Origin: Schizosaccharomyces osmophilus
Taxonomy: Eukaryota
Direction: 5' to 3'
DNA length: 64,000 nt
Assembly (NCBI RefSeq): GCF_027921745.1
Contig: NC_079238.1
Location: 5,208,001-5,272,000, forward strand
Both the position numbers and the translations under genes were made by a program. Shown here piece after piece: positions 1 to 11,957 of this stretch (position 1 is the first letter of the stretch; every line of letters begins with the position of its first letter). The notes beneath the pieces are model-generated. The model saw only the letters and a program-made list of their open reading frames with translations, did no database searches and had not been told where the DNA came from.

Positions 1-1392
1 AATACTTACCAGTATACTATATTTCATTATGCGGCTGGTCTACTTTTTATAAATAGGAATCGAAAAATTGTGTCTTTGAATGAAGCCATATTTGAATCCA
101 TGCTTGGGTTCGGCGACTTATTGATGCGTGATATCTCAATAATATTTCCAGATTTTAACGAAATATTAGATTTACTGCTAGATAGTCGTTTCTTAGACCC
201 AGGAAGAGTCGTCTCGGAACTTCATATTAGGCATGCATACTATCGCATAAAGTCATATAATCCTAACATTGGCGATCGTCCCGAGTTGGTACACGCCGAT
301 GGTCATCGCATCAGGGTGGACTGTCAAATTATATCTGTTTCTCCTGCGTCTGACTACCCGAGCGAGCCTGCTTTTGGTGTATGGCTTATTTTTGATTCTG
401 TTGATAATCGTGCTTCTAATTATATCAGTTCAAAACGTTCGGCTGAATTGTTGGAAAAGGCTGTAAAGTCTGAGGAAACAAACGACTTGGGAGGACCCAG
501 AGAGACAAGCGATGAAATTTCATTTCAATGTGACGGAATATGGGAAAATATTCCGCAAAAAATATCTATGTATAATACCGTGAAGGAGTTAGGAATCGGA
601 GCGTATGGGCAAGTAAAGCTGGCTAGCTATAAATGTCATAAAGAGCATGAAGTAATTTTAAAATCTATTAATAAGTCCCGGATATTGTTGGATTCCTGGA
701 TGCGAGATAAGGAGCTCGGAACAGTGCCTATGGAAATAAGCATTTTGAATTTTTTAAAAACTAAACCACATCCAAATATTGTGAACATGATATCTTTTTT
801 TGAGGATAACGATAATTATTATTTGTTAACAGAACCACAGATGCCAGGAATTGATCTATTTGATTATATTGAAGTAAGATCTTCAATATCGGAAGTTGAG
901 TGTAAGGCTATTTTTTATCAAATTGCTTTAGCTATTGGTCATTTGCATACTTTTGATATAGTACATAGGGATATAAAGGACGAAAATATAATTCTGGAGC
1001 AATCAGGAGTTGCCAGATTAATTGATTTTGGGAGCTCAAGTCTCACTCGAAAAGGACCTTTTGATACTTTTCGGGGAACAGTGGGTTTCGCTGCCCCTGA
1101 ACTGTTAAAAGGAGAAAGATATATGGGTAAAGAACAGGATGTTTGGGCTTTGGGTATTTTACTTTATACAATCGTTTACCGCGAAAACCCGTTTTACAAT
1201 ATTGAGGAAATATTAGACGGGGAGTTGAGAATTCCTTTCGAGATGTCGAAGGAACCTGTCGATCTTATTTATCGAATGCTTGACCGAAATGTTCAAGCCC
1301 GTATTACTGTTGAAGATGTTATACAGCATTGTTGGTTTAATGATGTTAGAACAGTCAAGCCCTCCCATGTACCTGTACCTTTAACACTTTAA
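1..1392 (+). CDS. ppk6: PAS-kinase-like Ser/Thr protein kinase, 5'-truncated by the window edge
   Basis: Frame is open from base 1 (NTYQYTIFHY...). Kinase motifs GxGAYG, HRDIKDEN, DFG and APE are present. Adjacent to rif1, as recalled for S. pombe. Confidence 0.85.
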   Translation, partial: NTYQYTIFHYAAGLLFINRNRKIVSLNEAIFESMLGFGDLLMRDISIIFPDFNEILDLLLDSRFLDPGRVVSELHIRHAYYRIKSYNPNIGDRPELVHADGHRIRVDCQIISVSPASDYPSEPAFGVWLIFDSVDNRASNYISSKRSAELLEKAVKSEETNDLGGPRETSDEISFQCDGIWENIPQKISMYNTVKELGIGAYGQVKLASYKCHKEHEVILKSINKSRILLDSWMRDKELGTVPMEISILNFLKTKPHPNIVNMISFFEDNDNYYLLTEPQMPGIDLFDYIEVRSSISEVECKAIFYQIALAIGHLHTFDIVHRDIKDENIILEQSGVARLIDFGSSSLTRKGPFDTFRGTVGFAAPELLKGERYMGKEQDVWALGILLYTIVYRENPFYNIEEILDGELRIPFEMSKEPVDLIYRMLDRNVQARITVEDVIQHCWFNDVRTVKPSHVPVPLTL

Positions 1393-1516
1393 AACTAGTC
1401 CGTTGTTGTTATAAATATTATGTATTAAATGCCACTATGAAACCCATTAATAAATTTGTTTTACGATCAAAAAAATAAAAATAAACTATTGTAAACATGT
1501 GTGCTTAGACACTCAC

Positions 1517-4500
1517 CTAATTAACCCTTGATAATATTGCCTTTTGTAACCGACCCAATATGTCTCCCAAGCAAAGTACTTCTTCAGACCTCATTCCATG
1601 AATGGACTCTTCTATTTGACTAGTCGCTTCAGATAAGACTCGAATAGCACTTGAAGGTGTCAATGATTCGTCTAAAGACGATATCAGATTTGTCACACCA
1701 GTAGTTGTGTCTGAATCCCCTTCACCACCTTCCGCCAGGAGACTAGTAAACCGTTTCTTACCGTGCTCAATTGAACCGGCTGGTCCAAGTTCAGATTCTT
1801 CACTATCAAAAACTCTTTTTTTGTCATTGACTGTCTGTGGCTCAAGCGATGTTGTTTGATTTAGCAAAGCAACATCTTCAGTCCTTGAACTACTTCTTCG
1901 TAGAAGGTTGCTTTCATAAGAGGAGTCAGCGTCAACAATAACCTCCGTTGGAGACTTCTTTTCTACGGTAAGGCCTTCGATGTTAATATCAGAAATATTT
2001 ACATTGGATGAGTCAATGAAGTCATGTGTGACCACCGGAGACTCGATTACGGTAGGAAGCTTTGAATCAACATTGCCAGCAACGTTGATATGCTGACTAT
2101 CGTCAAGTCTCACATCCATGTGATCGCTTTGTACATCTTTAGTGGTATTCAATTCTGTATTTTCTCCATGTTCAATGATTTTGCCAATTTCTCCCGTAGA
2201 ATTCTTAACCTGAGAAGTCGCTAATCCCTCAGCTGTGTCATCCAAAATCTTGTTATAGCCATCGCTACCACCTTGTGGCATGACTGAATTTTCCATTGAA
2301 CTTTGTTCAGAATGGACCGGAGGTTTGTCACTTTCCCGTACTTTCGCTTCCAATGACTTGTTCTCTTTTTTCTTATTAGAGCCATTCTTCTTGTTCTTTT
2401 TCTTCGAGCTGTTCTCTTTCTTCGGCGTAGAAACTATGCCTGAGTTAATATCATTTTTCCCTTCTATGATACCGTTATTAGGTTGGGTATTTTGTTCATT
2501 AGCCAAATCCTTGAATTCGGAATAAGATGATGAAAACGGCAACCGGATATAATGGTCATGCGATAATTCTATTATCGTTTTTTGCAGTTCAATTGGATAT
2601 TCTTCAGATTCAAAAGACCCGAAAATTTGGTTCCAGAAATAAATAAACGAGACGACAACATCGGCAGCTTTACTCTTAAGCCCGGTGGTAATTAGCGGAG
2701 AAAGCTTATCTATCAATTCATTTGGATTCTGCTCAGCTTCAATGATAAGTCTAAGTATAAGCTGGCAAAATTCAATACACTAAGGAGGTTAGAAAAGCCT
2801 AAGTAAAAATAGGATCATGACATACCATGTTATAAATGGAGCTGCTTTTTAAAAAAGTATTAACGTTTTCCATATAAAACCAACGAGAAAGGCCGTCAAC
2901 CAACCCGAAGACGGTCTGTAAACGAAGGCTTTTCGGAATGCTTATCATATAGTTCGAAATTGCTTCAATAAACAAACACTTCAAATCCATTTGGTCAGAG
3001 TCATAAGCTTTTATCAGTAATGCATTATACATATTTATTATTTTGAGATAACTTTCCCGGCAATCTTCAAAATAAGCAGAATCATACAACGTATGATCAT
3101 TCTCAGCTAAAAATGACAAGAACGGAACTTTCATTATAGCCATCGCAAATGAAAAAATTTTGCTAGATTCAAAGCTTAAATCCTTATGTAATATATGAAT
3201 AAATGGTTCAATAACAGAAATTAAAACTTTATCTTCTCCATAGAGATCAGATACTGTATTACCATAGTGAATTAGTAGATTTCCAACGCTGTCAGCATCA
3301 CTTATGCTGCAATACTTAACGTTCCAACTCAGTAGTTTTAGAACAGTTGAATGCTCAATTCCCAAAAATTCTTCAAAGGAGATATTTCTCTTTTGTTTGT
3401 TTTTCACTTCTATTAAAAAAGCCTCGGAGGCAGATCGAGAAACTTCATGGGAAACTAAAACCCTAGCAAGTATTAAGTTATCATGCTCTGAAAGAGGCGA
3501 TACACAATCCCAGTACAAGCGAAGTTTAACGGCAAGACTTAAGTTACTTTCGTCTAAGAGCGACAAGATACTACTATAAGCCGCATGTAAAGTAGAAAAC
3601 ATAGTTCCATCCGTCAGGGTAGCCATCGATTGCAACAGATATACTAAAGGACATATAGATTCCTGGTCACTACTTTGCACAGTAGGATCCATCAGTAGCA
3701 ATTCATTATTAGAAACGATGTAAGAATATTCAACGAAAAGTTGAATATCATAAGCTTCTACAGTACAACGAACCAGGGAAGCATAACGAGTAAGTCTTTC
3801 AATGTAAACCTCGTCTTTACGCAATGGTTTTGCGCATAGAAAATTGCGTAAGGAGGTACAAATACAACAAATAGCCTTACCTGTATCAACTGATCTCTTT
3901 ATTTCCTTTTGTCCTGCACTAGACAAGCATTTAACGAATGTAGTCCAAACGACGAAACTTTGCTCATAGCTCATTCCCTTGCCTTGTTTGCGGCCTTGGT
4001 TTTGTTTTATATTGTAATTTGGTCTGGCCAATAATATTAGTGAATTTATTGGCTCAATGGTTTTTTGACAGTTGGAGCGCACCCAATTTGGGTTGAGTTT
4101 GGGTAACTCCTTAGTATCAATCAGTTCACGCTGTACAAGGCGATCATCCCTCCAAAAGTTGTTTGAGGAAGCGTCAAATAACGCGATAAGTATATCGGCT
4201 GCTTCAGGCATTGTTTGTTCGCTTTTTAGTGCGGATTTTTCAATTATTTTTACGACCACTGTGTCCCAAAGGAGTGAAAGCATGGGACTGGATATTCCCG
4301 GTCTTAAACAAGCATAAATGAGGGCGGTTAAGGTACTCATTGCAGCACTTTTGACCGTAGGAAGATTGCGAGTACTCAGAACCATAGCTATAGGTTGGCA
4401 TAGAAGTGTTAGACGCTTATTTGCCTGCGTGAGCGTTTCTGAGAGAGAAAATTCGTGAATCAGACGTATCCAAGATGTTTGAGCAGCACATTTGGTTAAA

Positions 4501-5672
4501 GGGTTTGCGCTGTTGAAACAGAGTTGAATAATCTTCAACCAGGCGTTGAAGTATTCCCATGAGGAAATGCGTGCGCCACCCAAGATAGAAATTATAGCAG
4601 CCCAAGCATGAGCTACATATACGCCGTCATCTTCTTCGGTTACTAATCGTTCGAAATGATTAGAGATTAAGTAAATAAAGGTAGTTCCCCCAATTTCTGT
4701 ATGAAAACTTGAGAGTATTGAACGGGCAATAAGCTTATCATGGTATAGATATTTACTCAAATCTAATGCCAGCAACAACGCTTTTTCACGTATCGGTTTA
4801 GAAGCGTCCACGAGACAAGCTAAGAGATAAGGCGCCCAGTCAACAACTCTTTGAGCAAACGCTTTTGGACATTGGCTTAGTAATTTGTTTAGCACAGCTA
4901 GGCGCTCTTGGCCAACTACCAAGGAAGGAAAAGGCAGAGTAAGACAAACGTTTATAATACGGTCGCATAAAGGGGGGATACCCAAAGGACATTTTTGGCA
5001 GGATAGAAGATGCAAATGTTGGGCGGCTAATGCTTTCGTTAATTTGGAAGATTCTAAAATCTGAAGTGATTGCTCAATAAAGACACTAGCGGTATCGGAT
5101 TGAATATGGGAAGAAATGGTTGGATGCCAAAGAAGAACACTAAGTAACTTATTTGCTTGACAGTTTAAATGAAAATCAGGTTTGCCAGTGTTTAAGCAGG
5201 CACTTCTGTCACATAACAAAAACGAACAAAGTTGATTTAAAAGAAGGAATATGGGATCTTCCGGCAAATTTGGTGTATATGTCTTTAAAAATGATGATAG
5301 CTTGGAATAGATTTCAATACGTACAGGCCGCTCTACATGCTCAAGATCTTCAATACCAGAACGAAACCAGGATTGAATGTCCTCTGAAGTGCCGTTTGCT
5401 TCATTTGTAAATCCGTTTTGCTGATCATTGGATTCATCCGTTTGTTTTAAACGAGCAAGTGCAGTAGAGGTTTTTAAAATACCGCGTTTAGGAGTTCCAT
5501 ACGAAGGTTGGCTTCCTCCAGGAGAATTTTCAAGTTCAGTGTTAAATGCTACCTTCTTTTTACGCGTCAAATTTGAAGCAGGATCACTTGGGTTTACTGT
5601 TTTTCCGTTTGGTGTCGAAGGATCATCAACATGCACCTTTTGGGACTCCTTCACAGCATTGTCTTTTCTCAT
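1517..5672 (-). CDS. rif1: Rif1 telomere/replication-timing regulator, 2 exons (5672-2826, 2779-1517), 1369 aa
   Basis: N-terminal PP1-docking motifs KKVAF (RVxF) and GILK, then a HEAT-like region. A 46-nt intron at 2780-2825 (GTATGT...CTAAC...TAG) joins the two ORFs in frame. Confidence 0.93.
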
Positions 5673-6839
5673 CGCAACATCTGTTAAAAATTCAGATACA
5701 TTCCAATGTCATGGATTCAAATTGACCAGAGCAGCACAGACCGTGCTTTATTTACAGATGTGGTGGTGAGCAGCTTTTTCATCGCACCCTCCGCATAAAA
5801 AAGTAAACACAATTTTTAAGAAGCTTGTTTGAGGGTGGACTGTAATATGAAAAGCTTAAGCTTTATATTAGAAATTTAAAACGAAATCGATTAAAGTAAG
5901 TCTCGTTTCTTAATTTTGAGTTTTCTTTTTCATGTTGTTTTTGCATGTTTATTTTCACATTTTTGTTTACATAGTCAAAAAAAGGTAGGTGGAAATATAA
6001 GAGACCCTAAAATGGTTAAAAGAGCTGATATGGTGTCACAAAAAGAAGCAAATTATAATTTGGAATTTGTTTTCATTGTCATCAAAAGAGGGTAAGGCCT
6101 GTTTGCCGCTATGCTGAGTACCAGCCTAACTTCCACGGTTTCAAAAGGCTGCTTATATTTGAGTAAATCTACTGAAGAAAAGGATTTCCTTACTTACAAT
6201 TACATTCTATGAAGGTCCATTCTAGTTGGAAATACCAAGAAGCTTGAAAGATTAAGTGTAGGATATCGAACAATAAAAGTAAATGCTTGATCTCTTCTAA
6301 TGTAACTTTTCTATAAACTATGTTTTCAACTGATTCATTTCGTTCGACCTATGGTTTATTCAATAGTAGGCTGGATGTATGAAAGTTCGAAAGAGGACTC
6401 CATCTTATAATATATATACTTTTCAAACATTTCTAAATGACAAAATAAATAAAAGAAGAATTAACTCACACTTATACGAGATTTGTATTCATATTTGCAT
6501 ACTTCATCTAGTCTGCCAATTTGGAGAGAACCACTTACTGTTCATTTTAATCTTTTAGACGTTCGTAGAGCTGTTGTACATTATTTTTATTTTTTGATTT
6601 CCACAATCGTCAAAATTACAGAAACTTTGAGACGTGCCAATTTACAAAAGGGCAAGGACAGCTTTTTTCTTTTTGGAGCAAGCAGACATCTTCCTATTCC
6701 ACTTCTTATATAGGATGCAGTAAATTCGTGAATTATTCATTTGAAAAGCTTACAAAGACTTGAAGATAATTGGATTCTAAAAGCGCATTTGTTTGTTTTC
6801 AAGTAGTGAGAACCCTAAGGTGTATACAAATCAGGAATT

Positions 6840-8640
6840 ATGTCTAACATCTTAAATCCCTGGCTGGAATCATGGTTACTGGATACTATGAAAGATACGG
6901 ACATTCTTCCTGCGCATGAATTCAAGAGCCGTCCCTTACAGATCTCTGAAGTATGATCCCTTTTTAAGCTTGAAATATGCGTTTACTTTGTTGTGGATTT
7001 TTTTTATTAATACGAAACCTAGTATTTGACATATGAGCCTACCATTCACGCTAAACTATCAGACACTAGACATTACATCGAGGTTGAATTTTCTCCTGAG
7101 TGTATTCAACATTTGGCAAGGTAATGCTACGAAAAACTTGTAGTTGAAATCTGACAAATAATGTGTAGATTTACGGACAAAAGACTTACTTCTTTAAAAG
7201 GTGGGATTTTTTCCCTAGGGCATTTCTCAATTCACCTAATACCGCAAGACTCGTATTTATTTCCATGGCTCTATGTTGAGTCATTTAATTTTTTTAGCTG
7301 CGAGGGCGTCATATTTGGAGAGCCAAAACCCATCACCTCCTCACCGCTTTTTCGTTCGTTACTATGCTCTCCATACCTATTTGCTCTTGCAAATGAAATT
7401 TATGAACGTTACGAACACTCAGTCCTTTACGCACTCAGAAAACAAGCTACTAATGGTATAACTGAAGCGTGATTCAGGATCATTTTCTAATTTCTATTGT
7501 AGGAGATGTTCAAAAGCTTGGAACACTGTTTCTGCCGGTAATATCATATCTGTACTGTGTTTCTTTTTTTAACTTTTCTTTTACAGGAGGCTATCGAAAA
7601 ACCGAATGAAATGGCATCAGATTGTTTTCGATGGAAAACAATGAATTGTTTAGATGTTGCACAATGTCTCATTTCAGACGAGCAGTTGAGACTATTGGAA
7701 ACTGCGAATGGTATGCACGTTGGATTTATTGATATACTATATAAAAACAAAAAAATTACTAACTGATATAGCAAATACTAATATTGATGTCTCTGTCACC
7801 AAACAAACACAAGAAACCTCTCCCGATAAAACCCATGTCAAGGAAGAAGAGGGAATAGAAATCTACTCTTGGTCATCTTCACCAGATCTTAGTGCAAATA
7901 TCCCCCCATTGACACTTTTCGACCAGCAAGATCTTCAGAGGCTAGCTGAAGTCGAACCTGTGTCTGCTTCAACAATAAGCGAAAACGAACTAATAAGAAA
8001 AATTGATCAACAAAACAATAATGATGCGACAGCTTCTATTCCACAACCAGGAACAGAGACATTTTCTCGAATAATATCCTCAGTTGAAACTCAACATGAA
8101 CAATTGGGACAGATACAAGACCAACAAGAAGCTCCAATCCAGAGACCTATTGAAGTTCCTAATATTCATACCGCTAATTCGAGACCGCCAGACACTATAG
8201 AACTGTTTGACGCTCAGGATGACTCTGGAGATGATTTGGCAGAAGTAGAAGGGCTTATATTACTTCCGTCTTTAGACGATGAGAAGACTGAGAGAAGAAG
8301 CCATGAAACCGGAAATATTAGTCAAAAAGTTGAAAATCCAGTCATTAAGAATACGCCGCTTAGTTTTGAGAAAAACTTAGACATGTCCCAGCATGAGCTG
8401 CGATATCTGCGACGACCGATATCAAATTACAACTTTGATCTTGGTATTCAAGATGAGCTTACAGCGATGTATGAAGACTATGTAAAAGAAAATGAGCAAT
8501 TGAGAAGAGTAAAGGGACGACGAAGTCAATCCTTTAGTCGAGCTTCGCTAGAGAAGACGGACTCAGAAAATGCCTTTCTTGCATTTTATCAAGACTGGAT
8601 TAGCATAGCTAAGCACCGAACAGCAAAGGGAAAAGACTAG
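6840..8640 (+). CDS. tpz1: Shelterin subunit Tpz1 (TPP1 ortholog), 6 exons
   Basis: ATG at 6840. Introns at about 6951-7022, 7121-7168, 7456-7502, 7538-7586 and 7711-7770 give a continuous frame: MSNILNPWLE...YEPTIHAKLSDTRHYIEVEFSPECIQHLARFTDKRLTSLKGGIF (OB-fold, TEL-patch region). Confidence 0.88.
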
Positions 8641-8955
8641 ATTTATTGTAAAAGGAAGGTTTAAACACTCCTAATAGAGCAATAGTGCTTGTTTTCAGTG
8701 AGTACCGGTATAAACTGGTTTCCGTCAGACATGTAATATTCATTGCTATGTACATTAAAGTTGCATTGATAAAAGAAATACATATTTTGTTACCACAATC
8801 ACAAATAAGATAACTAATAGCAAATAGCTTCATGGAAGCGGGTAGGAGTGAGTGAGTGATCATGGAAGCAAATTCATATCAAACATCGAAATATAAGGTT
8901 AGGAGCAATTAAGTTTTTGACATATAAAAACGCATTACTATTCGTTTCGTTCATC

Positions 8956-9924
8956 TTAGCATGCACAAGTGCCGCCAGATGGAGGATTTGGCCAAGATTC
9001 TGAAAGGTTCACACCTCGAGGAGCGTTTCCTCTTGCCTGGTTTAGCTTGTCTTCAAGAGGTAACTTTTTGGAAATAGTTGTAAAAAGCTCGTTAACATTT
9101 TCAGCAGTTTTGGCTGAAGTCTCAAAGAATAAAAGATTGGCTTCAGCAGCATAGGCTTCAGCATCTGATTTCTCAACAGCCCTACGCTCTTGAGCAAGAT
9201 CTAACTTGTTTCCAGCAAGTGCAATGATAATTCCCTCCGGAGCTTGACGTTGCAATTCTTTAATCCATGATTTTGCTTTTTCCAAAGAAGACTAATATTC
9301 AGAAGTCAGTCAACGTCATATGAGAAATTTCTTTCAATACTTACAGCTTGAGTAATATCATAGACCACAATTGCACAATTAGCATTGCGATCTAAAAATC
9401 GCTTGTTAGCACTTTTTCTCTACAATCACATTCATTAATATCCATACAATACATAGGGGCTAAGGATTTATAGCGTTCTTGGCCAGCGGTATCCCTGTAA
9501 TTGTGTTAGTACTCATAAAAAACAATCATAAATCCTCCATACCAAATTTCAAGCTTTACGGATGTGCTGTCGTCTATGGGAACAGTTTGAGTTAAGAAGG
9601 CAGCTGTGAAATCGAAGTTAGCAATAGAATCCTAAGCATTGCCGACGAATCTTTCGTTGAGAATACCTACCTCCAATTGTGCTCTCTCTGTAATCTATAG
9701 CATTGAGTTAGAATCGTATCTTGCATTAAATACAAATGCTTATTCATACCATCGAATTGATCTTTCACGAAGCGAAGAACGAGACTACTCTACAACGCAT
9801 TACTGTAAGCAATCGATCAGACAAACTCACGGAACCCACATACTTTTCCAACAGCGGAATCACCAAGCAGTACAAGCTTTTGATTCACGGTAACGACATT
9901 TTTAGGAGCTGGATTACTAGCCAT
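8956..9924 (-). CDS. ypt5: Rab5 GTPase, 7 exons
   Basis: Spliced frame reads [29 protein letters not shown]...WDTAGQERY...NKLD...ETSAK and ends in a CAC (CXC) prenylation motif. Six GT-AG introns. Confidence 0.95.
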
Positions 9925-10484
9925 CTTGAAAGTCACTCGGTAGAAACAACAATTGATGGAAAATAAACAATCCTTGAAATAAATTAAAGATGATGGTAGA
10001 TGGCAAGTTTATACGCTGAGGCGTCTCAAGTCAGGTTCTCTTAATGAGAATACGGAATTCGGGCACATTCCTTTAATACGATTAAAGCAAACGAATGCGC
10101 AACGTTAGTAAACAAAAAATAGTCAAGATATGTAGTTTTACGAAGAAACGCGAACGTAGGATGTAACGAGGGTACCTAAGAAATGATTCTTTTCTTGATG
10201 GGTAAGAATGGAAGAGATGTTGAGAATGGAGTTGGATGGATTGATTCATAAAACCGACTGGGTATTCGCGAATTTGGCTAGTACATGCAGCATCTTTTCG
10301 CCAAAGCCCACAAAAACGATTTGGTAACCTCTTAGATTATTTTTTTGACCGTAAGGATTTTCTTTGGAAAGGTAAGATTGCGTTGAATTGTAGTGGAACA
10401 CTTTTTGAAACCTTCCAAGCATCTCATTGCAAAACAGTACGGAAAACGAAAGGAGGTCCATGTACCAAAGATTTCTGCTTGAAA

Positions 10485-11675
10485 ATGCCATCCTCTGAAT
10501 CCGAGGTAGAAGACTACATGTCAATGAAGTTTGATTCTGCCCCATCAACCATGCTGAGCAGTGAGGAAAAGCGAGAAGTAGAATCAAAAGAACGAGGAAT
10601 CCAAAAAAGTCAGAGAACCTTAGAATATGAGAATTTTAAAAAAGGAATATCAGAATCAGTGTCTGAAAAATCCGTAGGTTCAAAAAAGGCTTTAGAAATG
10701 ATGAAGAAAATGGGTTACAAGTAAGTTTACTGACAAAAGGATTGAGTTATGTCAGCGGGAATGGAAAAACGAACAGAATTGTGCTTCTTTTCACGGTTAC
10801 ATTCAACTAATATCCTACGACAGGCATTTCATGACTAGTGACATGCCAGCTAATACCAGTGATTTAGGTCCGGTTCAGCGTTGGGTGCGGAAGAAAAAGC
10901 AGAAACGGAGCCGTTGTATGTTGAGAAAAAACAAGACAAGACTGGTATTGGTTATGAGAATCAGAAGAAACGACGGTTGGAGGACATCATAAAAGAAGAA
11001 CGGCTCGATATAGAAAAACAGACGAAATCAATCGATGAGTTCTCGACCGAAAAATCAAAAGAGTATTTGGAAAAGAAATTGGCAAATCAGTGTTCTTCTG
11101 CTCAGCACGTTCTTGAAAAACTAGAGACCATTGAACTTGAAAAGTCCGGTATGGAAATGACAACTGAAAAGGCGCACCCATATTATCGTTCCCTATTATT
11201 AAAAACGCAACAAGATCGAGAGGAAAGAGTCAAACGAAAACGTCTTGCTAGCCGCGTCCCACTCGCTCAATTGGAAACTGCATCAGGACCAGACATTCCC
11301 AAAGAAATTTTAGAAGAGGAATCCACTAGAATGGATGAAGAATTTCAATATTTTGAATCGCTAACGGTAAGTCAGCCTGGAATTTTTCTTCGTATAGAAA
11401 AGCATAGTACATTATAAAGACTTCCTCTCCTGTCATGCCTTTGCTACAAATTGCTTGCTGTTTTTCAACAAAGGAAATGATTTTCCTTCCTACGTCTACG
11501 TGATTCTTCCTTAACTCTTGCTAATATTTATTTCTAGGAGCTGAAAAAGTTAAGTACAGTTTTGCTCTACCTTCGAAAGAAATACTTTTATTGTCTCTAT
11601 TGTGGATTCAGTTATGATGATTTGGAAGATTTAGAAAAGAACTGTCCAGGTATTTACGAAGACGACCATGACTGA
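10485..11675 (+). CDS. G-patch protein, GPATCH11/Cmg1 family (SPAC6F6.19-like), 3 exons (10485-10720, 10868-11366, 11538-11675)
   Basis: N-terminal EDYMS motif, a G-patch (ALEMMKKMGYKSGSALG...KTGIG) split by intron 1, and a C-terminal YCLYCG...CPG...EDDHD domain (DUF4187 type). Confidence 0.85.
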
Positions 11676-11957
11676 TTCAGGATAGGAAATGCTATACAGG
11701 CTCATGACAACCTTTTATGATAGAAATATATGAAAGGTAAAATTAAAGATGACTTTCTTTCTTCATCTCCTTTTTTTGTGAATCCTATTTTGCAATATCT
11801 TCTTCCATTCCTGGTACTTAATACGTTTCTTCCACAAGCCACTACTGTACCCAAGACACACGATATCCGACCTGGAATGTTTAAATTTGATGTTTTTTCC
11901 GTTATTTAAAGCAATAAGCATAAATTTCATATTGTTTGGTCAATGTTGACGTATTAA

